Assembly: GCA_963845565.1 (NCBI GenBank)
Contig: CAWJSJ010000002.1
Span: 608,001 to 672,000 of the forward strand
From: an uncultured Methylomirabilota bacterium
GTDB taxonomy: Bacteria; Methylomirabilota; Methylomirabilia; Methylomirabilales; 2-02-FULL-66-22
DNA: 64,000 bases
Reading direction: 5' to 3'
A program made the position numbers and the translations under genes. This document shows positions 56,351 through 64,000 of this stretch, piece after piece (the first letter of the stretch is position 1; the number at the start of each line of letters is the position of its first letter). The notes beneath the pieces are model-generated. The model did not search any database. It saw nothing but the letters and a program-made list of their open reading frames with translations, and was not told the origin of the DNA.

Positions 56351-57508
56351 ATGAGGCGCATCGGCGTGATCTTCGTTGCGGTGTGGAGCGTGGTCGCTGC
56401 GGCGGCGGCGGATGCGCCCCCCGCCCAGGCCGCGGACCCGATCCGGATCGGGGCCATCTTCTCGGTGACGGGCCCGGCCTCGTTCCTGGGGGAGCCCGAA
56501 CGCAACACGGTGAAGATGCTGGAGGAGGACCTCAACAAGGCGGGCGGTCTCTTGGGCCGGAAGCTCGAGATCATCGTCTACGACGACGAGAGTGATGCGA
56601 CCAAAGCGGTCACCGCCGTGGATCGCCTCCTCAAGCGAGATCGGGTGGTCGCCATCGTGGGTCCGAGCACCTCGGGGAGCACCCTGGCCGTTGTCTCCAA
56701 GGTGGAAGAGGCCAAGGTCCCCCTGGTCTCGTGCGCGGCCGCCAAGAAGATCGTGGAGCCGGTGAAGCGCTGGGTGTTCAAGGTGGCCGCCAGCGACATC
56801 CTGGCGGTCAAGAAGATCTTCACCGACCTCAAACAGCGGGGCCTCACGAAAGTCGCCATTCTCACCGCCTCGGATGCCTACGGGGCCGGCGGGCGGGAAG
56901 ACATCAAGGAGCTCGCCCCGCGGACGGGGATCACCCTGGCTGCCGACGAGGTGTTCGGCCCCAAAGACACCGACATGACCGCCCAGCTCACCCGGATCAA
57001 GGGCACGGCGGCCCAGGCCATCATCGTCTGGGGAACCAACCCCGGGCCGGCCGTCATCGCCCGGAACCGCGCCCAGCTCCGGATCGCAACGCCGCTCTAC
57101 ATGAGCTCGGGGGTCGCCTCCAAGAAGTTCATCGAGCTGGCGGGGCCGGACAGCGTCGCGGGGATCCTGTTGCCGGCGGGGCGGCTGCTGGTGGAAGGGC
57201 AGCTTCCCGGCAGCCACCCCCAGAAGAAGATCCTGTCCGGCTATATCACGGAGTACGAGAAGCGGTTCGCGCAGCCCGTCTCGACGTTCGGCGGTCATGC
57301 GTGGGATGCGGTCATGGTGGTCGCCCAGGCGATCCGCAATGGCGCGTCCGCCGAACCGGCGGCGATCCGGGATGCGCTGGAGAAGATCCGGGGCTTCTAC
57401 GGCACCGCCGGGGAGTTCAACTTTTCGCCGGAAGACCACAGCGGCCTCACGGAGGACGCCTTCGCGATGATCCGGATCGCCAAGGGCGACTGGGAGATGC
57501 TGCCGTAA
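56351..57508 (+). CDS. Liv-type ABC substrate-binding protein, paralog 1
   Basis: Signal peptide; IRIGAIFSVTGPASFLGEPE, STFGGHAWDA. Confidence 0.9.
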   Translation: MRRIGVIFVAVWSVVAAAAADAPPAQAADPIRIGAIFSVTGPASFLGEPERNTVKMLEEDLNKAGGLLGRKLEIIVYDDESDATKAVTAVDRLLKRDRVVAIVGPSTSGSTLAVVSKVEEAKVPLVSCAAAKKIVEPVKRWVFKVAASDILAVKKIFTDLKQRGLTKVAILTASDAYGAGGREDIKELAPRTGITLAADEVFGPKDTDMTAQLTRIKGTAAQAIIVWGTNPGPAVIARNRAQLRIATPLYMSSGVASKKFIELAGPDSVAGILLPAGRLLVEGQLPGSHPQKKILSGYITEYEKRFAQPVSTFGGHAWDAVMVVAQAIRNGASAEPAAIRDALEKIRGFYGTAGEFNFSPEDHSGLTEDAFAMIRIAKGDWEMLP

Positions 57509-57589
57509 GTCGCGCGAGCGCCCGCGCGGCCGGGGAGACTGCGGAGCGGCGCACCATCGATGTCGTGGGCGAGACACAAGGGGGGGGAC

Positions 57590-58738
57590 ATGTGGAGACT
57601 GCTGGTGACGTGCCTGCTGGGCCTGGTCGGGGCGTTCTCGTGGGGGACGCCCGCCGGCGCGGGTGAGCCGATCCGGATCGGGGCCATCTTCTCGGTGACG
57701 GGCCCCGCCTCGTTCCTGGGGGAGCCCGAACGCAACACGGTGAAGATGCTGGAGGAGGACCTCAACAAGGCGGGCGGTCTCTTGGGCCGGAAGCTCGAGA
57801 TCATCGTCTACGACGATGAGAGCGACGCCACGAAGGCCGTGACGGCCGTGGACCGGCTCATCAAGCGGGACCGCGTCGTGGCGGTGGTCGGACCCAGCAC
57901 CTCCGGGAGCACGCTGGCCATCATCCCGAAGATCGAGGAGGCCCAGATCCCACTCCTCTCCTGCGCGGCGGCGCACAAGATCGTCGATCCGGTCAAGCCG
58001 TGGACCTTCAAGACCCCTCAGAGCGATCTGCTGGCGGTCAAGAGGATCTACCAGCACGCCAAGCAGAACGGCCTCACCCGGGTGGCCATCCTCACCGTGT
58101 CTGATGCCTTTGGCGCGGCGGGGCGTGAGGAGCTGAAGGCTCTGGCGGGCCCCATGGGCGTGACCCTCGTGGCCGATGAGGTCTTCGGGCCCAAGGACAC
58201 CGACATGACGGCCCAGCTCACCCGGATCAAGGGCACGGACGCCCAGGCCATCGTCACCTGGGGGACGAATCCGGGGCCCGCCGTGGTGGCGCGGAACCGC
58301 GCACAGCTCAAGATGGCGATCCCGCTGTACATGAGCCACGGGGTTGCCTCCAAGAAGTTCATCGAGCTGGCGGGGCCGGAAAGCGCCGAGGGAATCCTGT
58401 TGCCGGCAGGGCGCCTGATCGTCGCGGATCAGTTGGCGAAGGACCAACCCCAGAAGGCGATCTTGACCGCGTACATCCGCGAGTACGAGGCGAAGTTCCG
58501 CCAGCCGATCTCGACCTTCGGAGGCCACGCCTGGGACGCCTTGATGCTGGCGGTGCAGGCCATCCGGAACGCCAAATCGGCGGAGCCCGCCGCCATCCGG
58601 GACGCGCTGGAAAAGATCCGGGGCTTCTACGGGACGGCCGGGGAGTTCAATTTCTCGCCGAAAGACCACAACGGCCTGACCGAGGAGGCGTTCGTCATGG
58701 TGCGCATCACCAAGGGCGACTGGGAGATGCTGCGTTAG
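57590..58738 (+). CDS. Liv-type ABC substrate-binding protein, paralog 2
   Basis: Tandem paralog of 56351-57508. Confidence 0.9.
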   Translation: MWRLLVTCLLGLVGAFSWGTPAGAGEPIRIGAIFSVTGPASFLGEPERNTVKMLEEDLNKAGGLLGRKLEIIVYDDESDATKAVTAVDRLIKRDRVVAVVGPSTSGSTLAIIPKIEEAQIPLLSCAAAHKIVDPVKPWTFKTPQSDLLAVKRIYQHAKQNGLTRVAILTVSDAFGAAGREELKALAGPMGVTLVADEVFGPKDTDMTAQLTRIKGTDAQAIVTWGTNPGPAVVARNRAQLKMAIPLYMSHGVASKKFIELAGPESAEGILLPAGRLIVADQLAKDQPQKAILTAYIREYEAKFRQPISTFGGHAWDALMLAVQAIRNAKSAEPAAIRDALEKIRGFYGTAGEFNFSPKDHNGLTEEAFVMVRITKGDWEMLR

Positions 58739-58839
58739 GAGCCGTTACGAAATAACCTAGACATCTCTTTCTATTTCGTTACGGCTCCTTATGCCGTTTC
58801 GGAATGTCTCCGCTCAACTTATTCTTTGAGAACGGCTTA
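58735..58839 (-). mobile_element. TAA-bounded MITE-like repeat, copy E (inverted)
   Basis: TTAGGAGCCGTTACGAAAT...ATTTCGTTACGGCTCCTTATGCCGTTTC...ATTCTTTGAGAACGGCTTA; begins on the SBP stop codon. Confidence 0.78.
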
Positions 58840-58842
58840 GCC

Positions 58843-59727
58843 ATGGCGTCGCCATCGGATCTCCTGCAATACGCGATTTCCGGAGCGACCCTGGGGTCCA
58901 CCTACGGGCTCGCCGGCCTCGGGTTCACGGTGATCTTCAACACCACGGAGATCATCAACCTCGCCCAGGGCGAGTTCGTGATGCTCGGGGGCATGCTGGC
59001 CGTCTTCGCCATCCGCTGGGGCGGGCTGCCGCTCGCGGTGGCCGTCCCCCTCGCCATCGGTCTGACCACGCTGGTGGGAGTCGCGGTCGATCGGCTCACC
59101 ATCCGGCCGGTGCGCGGGCGCTCCGTCATCGTCCTGATCATCATCACCATCGGGGTGTCCATCGTCCTGCGCGGGGCGGCCATGCTGATCTTCGGCAAGG
59201 ACACCTACCCCCTCCCGGGCTTCTCCGGCGGCGAATCGCTCGATTTCTTCGGCGCCTCGCTCCTTCCTCAGAACCTGTGGGTGGGCGGCATCACCCTGTG
59301 CACGTTGGTTGCGATGAAGTTGTATTTCGATCGAACGATCTCGGGGAAAGCGATGCTGGCCTGCGCGTGCGATCGGAAGGCGGCCTCGCTGATGGGCATC
59401 GACGTGGACGCGATGGTGACGCTGTCGTTCGCCTTCTCCGCGCTGGTGGGCGCGCTGGGCGGCGCCATCCTGGCTCCCATCACACTCACCTCCTACGACG
59501 TGGGGATCCTCCTGGGATTGAAAGGCTTCGCCGCCTGCATCCTGGGAGGATTGGGGAACCCCTTCGGCGCCGTGGCGGGCGGGGTGATCCTGGGGGTGCT
59601 GGAGTCGCTGTCGGCGGGGCTGATCTCGTCCGGGTACAAGGACGCGGTGGCCTTCGTCATCCTGCTGACGCTCCTGTTCGTCCGCCCCTCCGGCCTGTTC
59701 GGTCGGCGCGGCGCGGAGCGGGTCTGA
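58843..59727 (+). CDS. livH: Liv ABC permease
   Basis: INLAQGEFVMLG, LKGFAACILGGLG, RPSGLFG. Confidence 0.9.
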   Translation: MASPSDLLQYAISGATLGSTYGLAGLGFTVIFNTTEIINLAQGEFVMLGGMLAVFAIRWGGLPLAVAVPLAIGLTTLVGVAVDRLTIRPVRGRSVIVLIIITIGVSIVLRGAAMLIFGKDTYPLPGFSGGESLDFFGASLLPQNLWVGGITLCTLVAMKLYFDRTISGKAMLACACDRKAASLMGIDVDAMVTLSFAFSALVGALGGAILAPITLTSYDVGILLGLKGFAACILGGLGNPFGAVAGGVILGVLESLSAGLISSGYKDAVAFVILLTLLFVRPSGLFGRRGAERV

Positions 59728-59728
59728 C

Positions 59729-60712
59729 ATGGCCGACCGGCAGACGCAGGGGCACCGTCTCGGGGTCGTCGCCCTCGCCGCCGGCCTGGCGGTTCTTCCG
59801 CTCGGCCTCCCGAACGACTATTATTTGACCGTACTGATCGTGGCGGGGTTTCACACGATCGTGACGATGGGGCTGAACCTCCTCATGGGATACGCGGGCC
59901 AGGTGTCCCTGGGGCACGCCGCCTTCTACGGGATCGCCGCCTACACGACGGGGATTCTCACCGCCAAGTTCCACTGGCCGGTGGCCGCCGGAATCGCCGC
60001 CGGAATCGCCCTGGTGCTCGTGGTGGCCGCCGGGATCGCCGTGCCCACGCTGCGCCTCCGGGGGCATTATCTGGCCATGGGAACGCTGGGCTTCGGCGTC
60101 ATCGTCTACATCGTCTTGAATGAGGCCACGGGCCTCACCGGCGGTCCGTCGGGCCTCACCGGCATCCCGAAGCTGACCATCGCCGGCTTCCCGGTCGCGA
60201 CGGACCTGGGGTTCTACTACGTGGTGTGGGGCACGGCGCTGCTCCTGTTCCTGCTGGCGCAGAACCTGGTGCGGTCGCGCCTCGGGCGGGCCCTGCGGGC
60301 CATCCACACCAGCGAGACGGCCGCCGCCGTTCTGGGGGTGGACACGGAGCGCTACAAGATCGGCGTCTTCATCCTGAGCGCGCTCTACGCCGCGGTGGCG
60401 GGGGCGCTGTACGCGCATTACGTGAGCTTCGTCTCGCCGGGAAGCTTCGGGTTCCACGCGTCCATCCAGTTCGTGACGATGGTGGTCCTGGGGGGCATGG
60501 GGTCCTTGTGGGGGGCCGTGGCGGGTGCCGTGTTTCTCACCGCGCTCCCGGAGGTCCTCCGGGCGATCGAAGACTACGACATCCTGCTGTACGGCGGCCT
60601 GCTGATCCTGTGCATGATCTTCCTGCCGGGGGGGCTGGCGGAGGGGACCGAGCGGCTGGTGCGGGCGCTCCGGCCGGGCCGACGGCCGGCGGCAACCGGA
60701 GAGGTGCGGTAG
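59729..60712 (+). CDS. livM: Liv ABC permease
   Basis: GYAGQVSLGHAAF, LRGHYLAMGTLGFG, VLGGMGS. Confidence 0.9.
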   Translation: MADRQTQGHRLGVVALAAGLAVLPLGLPNDYYLTVLIVAGFHTIVTMGLNLLMGYAGQVSLGHAAFYGIAAYTTGILTAKFHWPVAAGIAAGIALVLVVAAGIAVPTLRLRGHYLAMGTLGFGVIVYIVLNEATGLTGGPSGLTGIPKLTIAGFPVATDLGFYYVVWGTALLLFLLAQNLVRSRLGRALRAIHTSETAAAVLGVDTERYKIGVFILSALYAAVAGALYAHYVSFVSPGSFGFHASIQFVTMVVLGGMGSLWGAVAGAVFLTALPEVLRAIEDYDILLYGGLLILCMIFLPGGLAEGTERLVRALRPGRRPAATGEVR

Positions 60713-61479
60713 TGGCGGGCACGGCGCTCCTCCGCGGCCAGGGGATCACGCTGCATTTCGGGGGCGTCACCGCGCTGCAGGACGTCTCGTTCGCCGTGGA
60801 GCGCGGGCGCCTGCAGACCATCATCGGACCCAATGGCGCCGGCAAGACGTCGCTGTTCAACGTCATCACCGGGCTGTACGCGATGGACGCGGGGGACATC
60901 CACCTGGAGGAGCGGCGAATCTCCCACCTTCCGCCGCACGCGATCGCGCGGGCCGGCATCGTGCGCACGTTTCAGAATCTGGAGCTCTTCGCCAACATGA
61001 CGGTGCTGGAGAACGTCCTCACCGGGGGACACCTGCTGGTGCGGTACGGGGCAGTCGATTGGTGCTTCCGATCCCGGCGATTCCGGCGGGAGGAGGCGGC
61101 GCTGCGCGCCAAGGCGGAAGCGGCGCTGGCGTTCGTGGGCTTGTCCGCCCAGCACGATGTCCCGGCGGGCAATTTGCCGTTCGGCTCCGCGCGCCTGCTG
61201 GAGATCGCGCGCGCGCTCTGCGCCGAGCCGAAGGTGCTCCTGCTGGACGAGCCGGCGGCGGGGCTGAACCTGCGCGAGACGACGGTGCTGGGGGACATCA
61301 TCCGGCGCATCGTGGAGCGCGGCATCACCGCGGTGATGGTCGAGCACGACATGGACCTGGTCATGCGGGTCTCGGATCACGTCCTGGTGCTGAACTACGG
61401 CGAGGTGATCGCCGAGGGGACCCCGGCCGAGGTGCAAAAACATCCCGCCGTGATCGCCGCCTACCTGGGCGAGGAGTGA
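60712..61479 (+). CDS. livG: Liv ABC ATPase
   Basis: GPNGAGKTS, RTFQN, LLDEPAAGLN, VEHDM. Confidence 0.9.
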   Translation: MAGTALLRGQGITLHFGGVTALQDVSFAVERGRLQTIIGPNGAGKTSLFNVITGLYAMDAGDIHLEERRISHLPPHAIARAGIVRTFQNLELFANMTVLENVLTGGHLLVRYGAVDWCFRSRRFRREEAALRAKAEAALAFVGLSAQHDVPAGNLPFGSARLLEIARALCAEPKVLLLDEPAAGLNLRETTVLGDIIRRIVERGITAVMVEHDMDLVMRVSDHVLVLNYGEVIAEGTPAEVQKHPAVIAAYLGEE

Positions 61480-61485
61480 CGCCGG

Positions 61486-62220
61486 ATGCTGCGGGTCAAG
61501 AATCTCCACGTGTATTACGGACGGATCCACGCCCTGCGGGCCGCGTCCGTCCACGTGCGCGAGAAGGAGATCGTCGCCCTGCTCGGCGGGAACGGGTCGG
61601 GGAAGACCACGCTGCTGTCCGCCATCTCGGGCGTGGTCCGCGCCAGCTCGGGGGAGGTGGCGCTGGACGGGACGCCGATCACCGCGGCGCGGCCGGACCG
61701 GATCGTGCGCGCGGGGATCGCCCACGTGCCCGAGGGCCGGCACATCTTCAAGCCCCTCACGGTGGAGGACAACCTCCTGCTCGGGGCGTATCACCGGTTT
61801 GCCCGGGTCGGCCGGGCGACCGTGCGGGCGGAGACGGAGGAGGTGTTCCGCCTCTTCCCCGCGCTGGCCGGCCGGCGGAAGCAGGCGGCGGGAACCCTCT
61901 CGGGGGGGGAGCAGCAGATGCTGGCCATCGGACGCGCCCTCTTGTCCCACCCCAAGGTCCTCCTGCTGGACGAGCCGTCCATGGGGCTGGCCCCCAAGGT
62001 GATCCGGGAGATCTTCGACCACATCGCCCGGCTGCGAACGGAGCGGGGTGTGACGATCCTGCTGGTGGAGCAAAACGCGCGCGCGGCCCTGACCATCGCC
62101 GACCGTGGCTATGTGCTGGAGACGGGACGGGTGGTCCTGGAGGGACCGGCCGAGGACCTGCTGGCGAACAAGGATGTGCAGCGCGCCTATCTGGGCCGGG
62201 AACGCAGCGCGCCGGCGTGA
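61486..62220 (+). CDS. livF: Liv ABC ATPase
   Basis: GGNGSGKTT, LSGGEQQMLAIGRAL, LDEPSMGLAP. Confidence 0.9.
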   Translation: MLRVKNLHVYYGRIHALRAASVHVREKEIVALLGGNGSGKTTLLSAISGVVRASSGEVALDGTPITAARPDRIVRAGIAHVPEGRHIFKPLTVEDNLLLGAYHRFARVGRATVRAETEEVFRLFPALAGRRKQAAGTLSGGEQQMLAIGRALLSHPKVLLLDEPSMGLAPKVIREIFDHIARLRTERGVTILLVEQNARAALTIADRGYVLETGRVVLEGPAEDLLANKDVQRAYLGRERSAPA

Positions 62221-62282
62221 GACGCGAAGGGCCCCGTCTTTAACGGCCAAGGCGCCACCGTGGACCGCCGCAGAGAGTGTGC

Positions 62283-62361
62283 AACCACAGATTTCACAGA
62301 TTACGCAGATTCTTCGGCCCTGTCTGAACCAGAATCTGTGCAATCTGCGTAATCTGTGGTT
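62283..62361. repeat. Inverted 9-nt periodic array
   Basis: AACCACAGATTTCACAGATTACGCAGATTC...GAATCTGTGCAATCTGCGTAATCTGTGGTT. Confidence 0.8.
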
Positions 62362-62419
62362 CCCGTTACCGCAGCCCTCTTGCCCTCATGGTGGGTGAAT
62401 TCTACGAGGAGAACAGCCG

Positions 62420-63718
62420 ATGTTCTGGGAGCCGGATAACGAAGGCATGCATCGGGAAGAGCTGGAGCAACTGCAACTCGAACGCCTGCAGGCGACGCTG
62501 AATCGCGTGTACGGGCGCGTCCCCTTCTACCGGAAGCAGCTCGACGCCGCCGGCGTCGCCCCGGAGGACGTCGTTTCGCTCGGCGACCTGGCGCGCCTAC
62601 CCTTCACCACCAAGGCGGATCTGCGCGACAATTACCCCTACGGCCTCTTCGCGGTGCCGATGCGAGAGGTGGTGCGGATTCACGCGTCTTCGGGGACAAC
62701 GGGCACGCCCACGGTGGTCGGCTACACCCGAAACGACATCCGGACCTGGAGCAATCTGGTGGCCCGGATCCTCACCATGGGGGGCGTCACCAAGGACGAC
62801 GTCATCCAGATCGCCTTCGGCTACGGGCTGTTCACCGGGGCGTTCGGCCTGCACTACGGCGCCGAGCGGGTGGGGGCATCGGTCATCCCGGCCTCCAGCG
62901 GGAACACGGCGCGGCAGATCAAGATCATGCAGGACTTCAAGACGACCGCGCTGGTCTCCACGCCGTCCTATGCGCTGCTGATCGGCGACACGGTTCGGGA
63001 GATGGGGATCCCCCTGTCGGCCCTGTCGCTGAAGTGGGGGCTGTTCGGGGCCGAGCCGTGGTCGGACGCCATGCGGCAGGAGATCCAGGACCGGCTGGGG
63101 ATCGTGGCGACCGACAACTACGGCCTGTCCGAGGTGATCGGCCCCGGCGTCTCGGGTGAGTGCCTGGAGCGGAACGGCCTGCACATCAGCGAGGACCACT
63201 TCTTTGTGGAGGTGGTGGACCAGGAGACGCTCCAGCCGGTGCAACCGGGCGGCGTGGGGGAACTGGTCCTCACCACGCTCACCAAGGAGGCGTTCCCCAT
63301 GATCCGGTACCGGACGGGGGACTTGACCCGCTTGCTGCCCGATGGCTGCCCCTGTGGCCGGACGGGCCGCCGGATGAGCCGCGTCCTCGGGCGGAGCGAC
63401 GACATGCTGATCATCCGGGGCGTGAACGTCTTCCCCTCGCAGATCGAGACGGTGCTGTTCGAGATCGAGGGAACGGAGCCCCACTACCAGATCGTCGTGG
63501 ACCGGAAGGGGGCCATGGACGAGGCGACGGTACTCGTGGAGGTGGCCGAGTCGATCTTCTTCGACCAGATGCGACGACAGAAGGAGATGGTCGAGCGGAT
63601 CCAGAAGCGGCTGGCGCAGGAACTGGGCGTCAGCTTCGACGTCAAGCTGGTCGAGAAGAAGACGCTGGAGCGGTTCGAGGGCAAAGCCAAACGCGTGGTG
63701 GACAACCGGAGAATCTAG
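62420..63718 (+). CDS. paaK: Phenylacetate-CoA ligase family protein
   Basis: [59 protein letters not shown]. Confidence 0.92.
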   Translation: MFWEPDNEGMHREELEQLQLERLQATLNRVYGRVPFYRKQLDAAGVAPEDVVSLGDLARLPFTTKADLRDNYPYGLFAVPMREVVRIHASSGTTGTPTVVGYTRNDIRTWSNLVARILTMGGVTKDDVIQIAFGYGLFTGAFGLHYGAERVGASVIPASSGNTARQIKIMQDFKTTALVSTPSYALLIGDTVREMGIPLSALSLKWGLFGAEPWSDAMRQEIQDRLGIVATDNYGLSEVIGPGVSGECLERNGLHISEDHFFVEVVDQETLQPVQPGGVGELVLTTLTKEAFPMIRYRTGDLTRLLPDGCPCGRTGRRMSRVLGRSDDMLIIRGVNVFPSQIETVLFEIEGTEPHYQIVVDRKGAMDEATVLVEVAESIFFDQMRRQKEMVERIQKRLAQELGVSFDVKLVEKKTLERFEGKAKRVVDNRRI

Positions 63719-63892
63719 CCGGCTGCTGAAAAAGGCCCATCTGCTGCGTTGGCTCACTCGGGCGCTCATTGCGGCGTACCTGGAGTACGCCTTGACCCAC
63801 CTTCGGTGGGTGCCCCGCCCTGCGTTCGCCGCCTTGCATCTGGGCCTTTTTGAGCAGCCTGGGCAAGAACGGGTTCTTCAGAAACCTGCTAG
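63715..63892. mobile_element. CTAG-flanked MITE on the paaK stop codon
   Basis: CTAG at both ends; imperfect TIRs CCGGCTGCTGAAAAA / TTCTTCAGAAACCTG; internal inverted repeat 63721-63744 / 63836-63859. Confidence 0.75.
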
Positions 63893-64000
63893 TCCGGCCG
63901 GCCCGACGGGACGGCGTGCACGTCCGAGTGATGGCAACCGCCAGGGCCGGCGAAGGCGTTACAGGTTCTCGATCGGCACGGGCGGGATCGGGTCGGCGGG

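Noticed and set aside
3674..58839. Repeat family or periodic arrays as a CRISPR array
   Set aside because: Copies are dispersed, there is no repeat-spacer periodicity, and no cas genes are present.

Overview
High-GC bacterial chromosomal segment. Gene content and order (ybaB-recR-mglBA, split Fo operon, nuo plus rex, many ABC/TRAP transporters) is compatible with an NC10/Methylomirabilota-, Rokubacteria- or Deltaproteobacteria-like organism, but this taxonomy is inference only. Left to right: ybaB end, recR, mglB-mglA; a tRNA-Asn(GTT) locus where a small GIY-YIG nuclease gene lies between a duplicated, hairpin-interrupted 5' tRNA half and the intact tRNA; a decayed island; TRAP and sugar ABC transporters with an enolase-superfamily dehydratase; a fluoride riboswitch upstream of a cation:proton antiporter; a Liv-type ABC operon with D-cysteine-desulfhydrase-like and DapF-like enzymes; GGDEF, MarC, NIPSNAP, nitronate monooxygenase, MrfA-type helicase/exonuclease fusion, PmtA-like methyltransferase, moeA, HigBA-like TA pair, membrane spermidine-synthase/TPR fusion and cytochrome c; atpZ/I-atpB-atpE; a nuo operon lacking nuoB and nuoI with a frameshifted nuoM, ending in rex, with a candidate Rex operator upstream; and an ACT/Liv-ABC/paaK cluster. 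Gene junctions are repeatedly occupied by small non-coding elements: TAA- and CTAG-bounded MITE-like repeats sitting on stop codons, and 6-9 nt periodic arrays that are often inverted. No CRISPR array, rRNA or intact transposase/integrase was seen. All coordinates were read by eye, and no database searches were run.
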